This document shows, in pieces, positions 54,168 to 64,000 of a stretch of DNA of 64,000 nucleotides. A model generated the notes under the pieces. That model had not been told where the DNA came from. It searched no databases and worked only from the letters and a program-made list of their open reading frames with translations. The translations under genes and the position numbers were made by a program. Numbering within the stretch: the stretch's first letter is position 1; every line of letters begins with the position of its first letter. Source of the DNA: Tubiluchus corallicola (Eukaryota > Animalia > Priapulida). The stretch covers positions 310,001 through 374,000 of the forward strand of contig JAQGDQ010000197.1 of the NCBI GenBank assembly GCA_030141605.1. The letters are read 5' to 3'.

Positions 54168-54657
54168 TAGTGCCGGATTAAGGCATGGGCTTTATGGGCT
54201 GCAGCCCAGGAGTCTCCGCTAGCTGAGAGACCTTCACAGATTAAGTGAAACTAATTTACTGTGAAAAAGTTACTGCAGAATGAGAGTAAAAGTATGCTGA
54301 ATTATCTCTTTAAAGGGACTAATTTAATTAATATACGGTATAATAATATACTGGTATTATTTTTTTGTCCATCATTCCAACTCATTGGTACTGCTGCACC
54401 AATAATTTATTTATTGTAATTTGTACGTATTATATTTAATATTTCAAAATACAAAAATATTTCTACATATCAGAATATCATTTCTCTTTTTGTTGTGCCA
54501 GACTTGCACCCATCTATTTTAGCCTAATGTTGGCATTATGTTATAGAAGTTGAATAAACTGATTTGAAGAAGCCAACATTCATGCTTTTGTCAATTGTCA
54601 CTGGGGGTCGGGCCTCACAACGTCCTGTAGGAGCCTACAAAATCATAATCCGAGTTC
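54168..54657 (+). mobile_element. hAT-like MITE with termini related to the 2777/33825 family but a different interior
   Basis: TAGTGCCGGATTAAGG..GGGCTGCAGCCCAGG ... GCCTACAAAATCATAATCCG. Confidence 0.55.
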
Positions 54658-55981
54658 AGAGTGGTGTGATACCTAATAATAAAAATAATCCGCATTGTGG
54701 GCTCTAAAATCGCGTCGAAACAACGTGTTTGTAATTCTCATAACAAAATTTTATGTTTGCCGGGAGAAAAATTGTAGATAACAGAAAAGTATGATTTGGA
54801 CATTAAGTGAACGGAGATTTAGTGGAATTGACCAATGAAGGCTTGTATAGTTGACTTTAGCGAATTCTTAATCAAAGCGAATTTAATCAGATACATCTAA
54901 CAAAACACGTAGCAGTAAAATTGAGATTTGATCGCTCTTTCATCACTGACAGTGTTAAATTTTCTACCGCATCGTCTGCAACTGCCCACTTCAGGCATTA
55001 TTATTGATTAATCAAAACTTGTTCTACCACAAGACTGCTCTGCTTGCTTAATCCAAATTGGTTGCATGTAGCAGTGTTCTCAACCTCCTCCATTTAGACT
55101 ATTCAGAACGAAATGGATTGCTAATGTGTGCGTGTAGAGAGGCATTAGCGTATGCTCTGAGACAGTGGCTTCGACAATGCCACCACCGATAATGATAATT
55201 AACCTTGTCACACGGTTTCGTTCATGCCCAGGAATGCATTGGATGCTTAGGTAGGTACAGCTGCAAGCCTAGGCTAGGCAAAAGTTCTCCAAATTCCCAT
55301 CATGAGGCACAAGCATAGTGGATATACGATTGGTGTCTTATATATTAAGGCCATTATCACCAATGAGCGACAGCAACTACTCTCACAAGAAACGATATCT
55401 TACTATGCCATAATTAAACCTGTGCACTACAGTGCAGTTCATCCAACGAACTGCAAGGCAACTGTTTTATATACTTACAGAGCTTTTAAAACCTCACACG
55501 ATGTCCAAGTATAGGAAGCCGTGTATTAGCGATTATTTTGTCTTTCAAGGTTTTCATGGCTCCATTTCATCTTGTTGTCTTCCACGGTCCGGTCTTTATG
55601 CTTCGTGTTCTTTATAGCATTTTCGTGAAGCCGCCAGACCCAAAGGGAAACGGAAATAATGGCACACACGCCATGCTTTGTCTCATTTGTCACGTGAAAT
55701 CTTTAATGATCAGTGCATCATAACGATGTGATTCTTTTGGGATTAAGCCGGAAATACTCCTGCATTATCGCAGTGCTGCTCAGAAACCAAAATCTACGAC
55801 GATGAACTAATGGTTCCTACTATCCAATATAAATATCCTGCATGAGATGCGAATCCCCCAAATTTGCGGAAATACGTCAGTTTGTTACTCGTTATTTCTC
55901 TTATGAAAATACTTTTGACTTTTCAACTCCCAGCACGAGCCTCAAAAATGAATACTTTTTTGTTTTGCAAGAAGAGGGTCT

Positions 55982-56005
55982 GAGGGAGGGAGGGAGGGTC
56001 TGAGG

Positions 56006-56069
<64 letters not shown>
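55982..56069. repeat. (GAGG)/(GA)n microsatellite
   Basis: Seen directly. Confidence 0.95.
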
Positions 56070-56393
56070 CGACTGATTGTGCTATCTGATGGTAATTGCC
56101 TGGCTACTGTGAGTGAGCAGGCGCCTAAAAACCAGGAGGTAAGTCGACTGAAGCAATATATGTCCGCCTGAAAACCACTTATATTTTATTTATAGTTTTA
56201 ATTTGTAGTACTTTATTATGGTAAATGTATATTTAGATGAACTGTATTACGAATCTAGGCCTTTCCGGGACTTTCATGCAGTGCAAAATGAAACTAGAGC
56301 ATAGCTCGAGTATGTATCTGTATATATGTATAATACAAATATGCATATAATACACTATATGCATATTTCCTTATACGTAGAGACTCTACAACA

Positions 56394-56460
56394 TATGGTA
56401 GAGATTCAATTATTTGGTATTATATATCTTATAATACCAAATAACTGGGTCTCTACCATA
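56394..56460 (+). other. 67-nt near-perfect hairpin in a TRPC intron
   Basis: 31-bp stem (two U-G pairs, one A-C mismatch) with a 5-nt loop. Confidence 0.7.
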
Positions 56461-57004
56461 ATTGTTTCCTCCAGTCTACGTGACCATTTCTTAAGTAACA
56501 TGTAGCTGACTGTTTATCTAACCTCGGCTTCTAAAGTGCAGGCACGCTAGGTGTATTTGCAGAAGCTAAGGTATACAAGATCCACAAAATGCAGCCATGT
56601 GGGAAATTAAATGTCACTGTAATATATCTTACTGCATATTTGTTGTTCCCTGCTGTAATGTACACATGCTGTGGTCAACATGTTATTAACTAAGTTCAAA
56701 TAGATTAAATTTATTAACAATCGCTATATATGTCTAATAATTATGTTGTGGGTTTACACAAAAAAACATAAGTGTTATTATGAAATAAACTGAAATTATA
56801 GCACCGATGTTATAATGTAGGCAGGCAAATTTATATATCGGCTGCGAACAGTAAATGGATTTTTTTCTAGGCATTCATGATAGACTTCTGTGCAATAATG
56901 CTTAAAGTTAAAATACAAAAACCATAACAATTCTTAATTATCACTGTAATGGTCACTTTTTTATGAAAAAGGCGGAGTACTTTTTCTTTTTTTGAACTTT
57001 GTGT

Positions 57005-57155
57005 CTTTTATCTTACAGAAGCTTTCACCCTACCCGACCTCAGCAGCAGCAGAGTCTATACAGCTAATAAGGATCCGCTAGGGTGAAAGCTTCTAAGAGA
57101 AATAAAAGTTATTATTTTAAGACTATGCAGTCAACGTTTTTTTATGCTAAAATGG
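57005..57155. repeat. Foldback repeat
   Basis: Perfect 16-bp inverted repeat AGAAGCTTTCACCCTA (57017-57032) / TAGGGTGAAAGCTTCT (57079-57094). Confidence 0.7.
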
Positions 57156-58461
57156 TAAGTCTCATGAGAGCTCTTTCATATTTTAGGCCGTTATATATAT
57201 TGACGCACAGCCGTATTACGCGCCAAACCTAATGATTAGACAACAAAATCCATATCTATTGTTTACCCAGCTTGATTTATCACTTGACCAACTTCATCTG
57301 CAAATACACGCTGGCTTCATTGCCTTGTTAATAAACCGTGTTGGCTTCGTTTTGTTGGCACATCATCCCACAGTTGTTAATCTTTGATTGTTTATACAAA
57401 CGGCAAAAATAGGGCGTTTCAACGTAAACGTAGACGAATTAGGCAGAAACTGCTTCTTTTTATAAAAAAATCCCACAATTAAATTTACATTGTTTGTTTC
57501 ATCTCTCCTTTTGAAACTTTTTAATTGTTTATGTTTCTTGATACAGATCTGACGATAAGAACTAGTGAATTCTTGAAACGTTGTCATGCAGTAATAAAAA
57601 CTTTATGTATTAGTAGGATTTTGTGTAAAAATGCTTCCAGCTTATGAAGAATTTCGTAGTAATTCTTCTTTTTATAGTTTATAAATTCGGTGTCCAATAA
57701 AATAACTACCATTAATAATATTGCTTTGTATAAAAATGAAAAAGGTGTAAGGCATTGAATTATACTCCTATATTAAAAATTTAAATATTTAAAAACCCAA
57801 AAAGCTGGCATTATCCTAGCGACTCACAATCCCAATGTCCATCCGTAGCAAAGAAAATAATCATTATTAATTAAGCTTTTTAGACATGTATTTTTACTGA
57901 GCTAATGATGTGTACACAACTAATTTTTGCTAACTTTCACAAAAATGTAACTGTGAACTACAGCTAATAGAACTCGTTCGGTTTCTTTGCAGACGCTGAA
58001 CCAGTTATAAAATGGCTGATTCTAGTAAGTTAGCGCGGGAGTTAGACTTTTTTAAGTTTTAACACTTCTCGAAATGGGAAGCTTTAAAATAAAGTTGAAA
58101 ATTTCCACTTAGATAAGGTTTAGAATTTAACATAATGTAATATAATCTTTATTTCATCTTATCGCGCACACATACAATTATAATGCAAATGATATTTTGA
58201 AAAACATATTGTAAGAAAATGCAGCGAAAAACCAATTACTCATATCTAGTCAGTTGCCTGTTGATTAGTGACGATCATTTTGTTTGATGTTGTTCTATTA
58301 CAGTTAATAATACGTTAATAATAAAAATTAATTCTTATAATATGACATTAAATTAATAAAATAAGGAACCATAGTTCATTAGTGACAGATGAAATAATAA
58401 TATATGATAATCAATTTGAATGTTAATTTGTTTGACTGAATTTTATAACGCTGTTTTGCAG

Positions 58462-59019
58462 GAAGCGTTTCCGCCGCCGCCTCCATATGAACAAGTTAGA
58501 GAGAGTGCCTTCACGTCAGATATTACGCCTATCATCCTCGCAGCTCACCGGGACAATTACGAAATCATTAAAATTTTACTGGACAGAGGTGCGAGCATAC
58601 CCATGCCTCATGACGTGCGCTGTGGGTGTGACGAATGTGTCCAGAACAACATGTCGGACAGTCTTCGACACTCGCGCTCTCGATTAAACGCTTATCGTGC
58701 CTTATCTAGCCCGAGCTTGATCGCCCTGTCGAGCAAGGACCCCATCCTAACCGCATTCGAACTCAGTTGGGAACTCAAGTATTTGAGCGGTATTGAGAAC
58801 GAATTCAAGATGGAGTATGAACATTTAGCGAAACAGTGTCAAGAGTTCGCGGCCGTCCTGCTCGATCAGACTCGAACTTCGCAGGAATTAGAGGTCATAC
58901 TGAACCATGATACCGGCTCGAATATGTTCGATCAGGGCACGTCGGTGCAACAACCGCCACCTAACGACCGAATGTGTCTCAGCCGACTTCGGTTAGCCAT
59001 AAAATACAAACAGAAAAAG
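58462..59019 (+). CDS. TRPC: TRPC/TRP-gamma-like channel, exon with ankyrin repeat 4, zinc-binding TRP_2 region and linker helices
   Basis: TTTTGCAG|; [86 protein letters not shown]; donor AAG|GTGAGC. Confidence 0.97.
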
Positions 59020-62007
59020 GTGAGCCTTTGAGGTATTCTGTTAGTTTCTTGAGATTTCAATTTCCGTGTATTTCAACTTGCAAATTGCAATTTCTGAGGC
59101 CAGCTACTAAAGGGTGTAACGTAATCATTTCTTGTGGGTGCTGAAACAAAAAACAATTTATTGCATAAAAATATTGCCCGTAATGAAAGTACAATCTACA
59201 TCATCCATATTTCGTGTGAGAGCCTCGCATGTCTCGCACAGCCTACAATATTGAGGGGCATGAATGGAGACTCAAAGAGAACAGCTAGGGTTAAACTCGT
59301 GATAGTTCAACATATCCTGTAGATGTCTCCCAAGCTTGCCTTTTACGTCGATCAATGATATGTCTTTGGATCGTCTTAGCCTCCATCCTATCTTCATGAT
59401 ATCTCCAAGGTGTTCCGGTCCGGGGGTGAAGTCCGTCAAATTTTCAAGTCATAAATTTCAATTTGCCCCAATCTCACCATCTCAACATTGCAGGATATGC
59501 TAGATACACAAGGTTTCGACACTAGATGTTGAGGGCACGATAGATTCTCAATTACCTGAATAGTACCTCTGATGAAATAAATTGTTCTATACTATTACTT
59601 GTTTTTTTCACCCCTCCCCCGCCATACTTTACAGGACACAGTTTCAATGATCATTTTGCACTAATTTCATACTTTTACAACTTTACGTTTTTTAATTGAT
59701 ATTTTCACTAATTGTTATTGTGAACATTAAACTAAAATGAATAGAAGGTTTCAGGCGCCTAGATAAAGCTCGTAACAGCTTAAATAAAAAGTTTTTTGTG
59801 AAAATGGATTTCTAAATGCATAGCAAGTTTGCTTCAATACAGGCTAATTTGCTTTAATTCCATGCATGGACTTCAATAGAAACAGCAACATCGCTAATTT
59901 TAGCCACTGTCAAGCAACTGCCATATGGAAGTGACATTTCTGTACATCTCGTTTCGTCACAAACCGTTTTTAGATGTGAGAAATACAAAATCGTATTGGT
60001 AATAATAAAACCAACTTATCGAGTGACATGAAGCCCATCTGAGAGTTCTATTAAACATATAGATGGAAAGGTTACATCGTCGACGATCCCTCACTCTCTA
60101 CATGCACACATAGGAATTGTATTTGTGTGCGCGAGAGACGGAAGTCAAAATTCTTTCTCCTGCTAAGAAGACTGACGTCATCATCTGGCTCTTGACATTT
60201 CAAGGTCGAAACTCTAAAAGTCACCTTTTACATATAACACAGTCTGTTGCCATATACGGTAAAAGTACGGTTAATTATCTCGATTTTTCATAAGGTTGTG
60301 TACTAGAATGCTCATTCAACTGTCTTACGTTGATGACAAATCACACAGCGGGATTGCTTTATTAACTGCCTGATGAAAAATAATCGTTTCGTGTCTGAGT
60401 AGCAGCACTTTTCTGTTTTTGGCGTGTAAAACAAACAAGATCCTGACATATGTCAACAATTAAAAAATTTAACAAAAATATTACGCGTAAAATATATCAA
60501 GTTACATCTCATAGTTGTGTCGCTTAAAAATACAAATACTATAATAAAATAATTGTAATAATATAATTAATTATATTAAATTATATTATTTTTTTATATT
60601 AAATTATATTATAATTATATAATTTCATATTATAATAATTATAATATGAAAATATTGTAAATAGATTATTAAAAAACTAATACTTTTTTAACATTAATGA
60701 AATTTTTAAACTGTTGAGTGCACCTAAATTAATGCACTAGGGAAACTTATCTGTTCTGTAGAAGACATGTTTCTTACTTGTCATAGTTTTGATGTAATTT
60801 TTTGCTTTTTGCAATAAACTCATCTAAATTATAACTCAAATAACATTTCCAGGTCAAGGGTTTCTATTAGGGCAAATTACTAGACGCATGTTTCCTACGT
60901 TTCCAACGTCAATGAATTAAATGTCTCATATTAAATATTTATGCTACAACTGGTAAATTTTAAAAATATATAAGCTCTACCTAATTATTTACCTATTAAA
61001 AAATAAAATGTCACGAGATCCGGTTTAGATGCATACGAAGGGCATACAGTCTTAGTCTTACTTGTCAGTTATATATACCTTTCTAATCCGGAATAAATTG
61101 AAGCGTGCCCAAGAAACCTGAGCCACTTATTAGTCCGATTTCAAATCGTCCGATTTGCCGAGCAAACACGAATTTGTGTTACTGGGCTTCAGTCTGTGGC
61201 TTCCTAACCTGACTTGTAATATAAGCACAGAACAGCTCACTGCCACTGTCTTCCTGATTTAACCTGTAATGTAAGCACTTAACCGGTTACTGGATTACTG
61301 CATTTTGCATGATGCGTTCCTGTAATGACAATGTGTCACATAGGACTTTCTGTCATTTCAACGTACCATTCCTTGTGAGTGGTAAATACGAAAGTAATTG
61401 CAGCTTGCATCTCAGTCTAATGTCTAACTGCAAACAATTACTTCCAGCAAATTGATGTAACATGATTTAAACAATTTTTTGTCGAGATCGATTTTTTTTA
61501 TTACTCGTGAAGTATTAATATGGGAAGAATGAAAACTATAATTTATTAGTCTGAATTCTGACCTCACCGTTTGCACAGTTTCAAATTGTGTAACGTTTGT
61601 GAACGTTTATTGGGTAGTAAAAAATAACCGAAGTTTACAGTCATTGGTTAAGCAGGCAAAAATAGATCTTATATAATTTATCACTCTGAAATCCTGAATA
61701 CACCCTGAATACAAAAATTAATGATATAGTTAGTAATAATTAAGGAGTTAGGAACCTTTCTGAGCTACCAAAGCCCTTCTTTTATGATGGCATGGTGACC
61801 TAAGCGTCCAAGTTGAGATCCTTATTAGCAAAAGTCAATACGTAATGATACTGTTGAAATTACGTTTTCGGAACCGAATTTTGACTTTTACGATAAACCT
61901 GTCACATTTAGGCCTACCGCTTTCTATAACTCTGTCGTTTCATTAATACTTTAACATTTTGGTTACAGTATAATACTAACACATTTTTTGCTTATGCCGT
62001 CTTCCAG

Positions 62008-62097
62008 TTTGTTTCCCATCCAAACTGCCAACAACTGCTAGCTTCCATTTGGTATGAAGGTTTACCTGGCTTCCGACGACGAAATATCGTTTATAAG
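62008..62097 (+). CDS. TRPC: TRPC/TRP-gamma-like channel, pre-S1 exon (GC donor)
   Basis: CTTCCAG|; [30 protein letters not shown]; donor AAG|GCAAGT. Not in the ORF track. Confidence 0.93.
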
Positions 62098-62197
62098 GCA
62101 AGTATTATCAAGTGCAAATATTATTCTAATAAAATCCGTCGTTAACCAAAAGCGAGATCATGTTTCGTAAAGCGAGGGCACTGAATGCTTTTAATGT

Positions 62198-62202
62198 GTG
62201 CA

Positions 62203-62232
<30 letters not shown>
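62198..62232. repeat. (GCAC)n/(CA)n microsatellite
   Basis: Seen directly. Confidence 0.9.
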
Positions 62233-62255
<23 letters not shown>

Positions 62256-63296
62256 GTGTGTGCGTGTGTACGTATACATATATGCCTATACATACTATTA
62301 ATATTATATTTAGAAACATATACATATATAGTTCTGTTTATACAGAAAAACGATTACTGTGCGACTTTGCCCAGTATAATGATTTTGCCTAGCCATTCAT
62401 TAGTTTGATGGCAGCCATTTGAAAATCAAGATTGGTGTTAGTTATAAACAGAGTAATGAAATAATCACACAGTAAATTATAATCAATTAGTAATTAATAA
62501 CCAGTCGCCTTGTAATATAGCTCGGCAACGTAACCCCGGGCTACACGATTGTCATCACTTCTAAAGAAAATGAAAAGTTAAAGGAAAACAGGATGATTTT
62601 TCATATACCCCACCCCATTTTGAAGTACGGTAAAAAGTTTATACTTTAAGACTTATAATAATGTCAAAGAATGTCCGGTAATTACATACTTAAATAACGG
62701 CAAGGGAGTCCAACTAGTGATGATGTCACAACTGAATATAGTTTTCAACTGCACAAACATTCAACGAGCATATTGCAAGGGTTTGAAAAAGCGAAAATTG
62801 AAGTACAGTGCTACTATACAACATTCAGTGCGATGTACAAAACTCATATGATTTTTTAATATTACCACTGTGCTCACGCATGAGCTCTCGAACGTGTGCA
62901 CTACGTCACAAGTGAACAACGCTGAATTGAGAGGTAGGCCACCTGCTTTTTATGCAATTTGTTTGCGAGATGTAAGTGCTAGTGCCCTTCGAATTGCGAA
63001 TGGCGAAATGAAAGTAACACAGAACAGAACTAGCCGCGCAAACGCGAAACTACCATTTCTTGGTAATCATTCTTTCACAAAAGTCATTCTTGAAAAAATA
63101 GCATGTTCCCTTTCACTATTTTACAAGGTCGATTGAGCCTAGTTTAAGATGGGGTCTTTTAAGATTCTTACGATTCTTCGTACGAGTCTGTTAGTTAGCT
63201 AAAAACAATATCTGAAACGAGATTGCAGTTCCTCAATAAGCTGTGTGGCTCCTGATTAAAGCTTTCACAATAATTTTTCATCGTTTTTGTTTTCAG

Positions 63297-63441
63297 TTAT
63301 CCATGATTGGTGTCGTAGGGCTCATGTTTCCAATTTTTTCCATTATCTACATGATAGCGCCAAAAAGCAGCGTTGGTCGTATGCTGAGGAAGCCATTTAT
63401 AAAGTTTATTTGTCACAGCGCCTCATATTTTACATTTTTAT
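63297..63441 (+). CDS. TRPC: TRPC/TRP-gamma-like channel, pre-S1/S1 exon; the gene continues beyond the window
   Basis: TTTTGTTTTCAG|; LSMIGVVGLMFPIFSIIYMIAPKSSVGRMLRKPFIKFICHSASYFTFL; donor T|GTGAGT, phase 1. Confidence 0.95.
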
Positions 63442-64000
63442 GTGAGTATTTTCTTTTTTCTTCCTTTTTCGTAACGACAAATCTAAATTTAGGTGCCAGC
63501 CAAGTTTGAATAGCGTTGCAATATCATGTACTTCATCATTTAAATAGTACACAATGCCATTCTAATTCCATCTGTGCCACATGAGATTTTCGTTCTTCAA
63601 TTCTCTTCTTACATGCTAAAATCAATGTGTTTAAAAGCATGTAAGAGTTTGATTCATTTATTTTTGCACAGATGGAAAGGTAGATGCGCCTTAAATGCTT
63701 CTCAGAAAGTGATTTATTAGAAAACTCCTAAACACGTGCATTTTGGCAAAAATAGGGTACCTAGCGTTGATGACCTTTAAATTTTTATCAACACTTTTAT
63801 CAATAGTTATCGCCGATCCATTATTGATTGTTATTGAATAAGATTGCAACAAAGTGCTAGAAAATATTAAATAATCAACAAGACAGATTGCTGTACGTCA
63901 ACAAAGGACATATACTAGAGACAAAATCCCCTTACAATGGAGCACAATAAAGGGATTTGTTTGTTTGTCATTTTGTCTGCCTATTAACTGTATATCGGCG

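Noticed and set aside
59290-59530. Possible decayed RTE 3' end on the - strand
   Set aside because: Only vague motif resemblance; not supportable by eye.

Overview
AT-rich, intron- and repeat-rich animal (invertebrate-like) nuclear DNA; no prokaryotic features, CRISPR array, rRNA or intact tRNA. Two protein-coding genes can be supported. (1) On the - strand, a single-coding-exon gene (15921-17309) for a 462-aa secreted, low-complexity, modular protein with no cysteine in the mature chain that I cannot assign to a family; it has a probable upstream non-coding exon and TATA box near 18.7 kb. (2) On the + strand, the 5' part of a canonical TRP channel gene (TRPC family, closest to the TRP-gamma type) with five coding exons from 50385 to 63441, continuing past the window end. 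It includes a GC-AG intron, a PPPY insertion and two candidate alternative first coding exons (24409, 32342), one starting with an N-myristoylation-like MGANQS. The rest is intronic/intergenic DNA containing LINE remnants (CR1/L2-like, RTE), Tc1/mariner relics, several MITE families (hAT-like, mariner-like, two with telomere-like TTAGGG tracts), a Meta/MESC-like SINE, tRNA-like heads, a ~1.2-kb minisatellite with higher-order structure, hairpins and microsatellites. All family calls come from motif recognition by eye; no searches were run.
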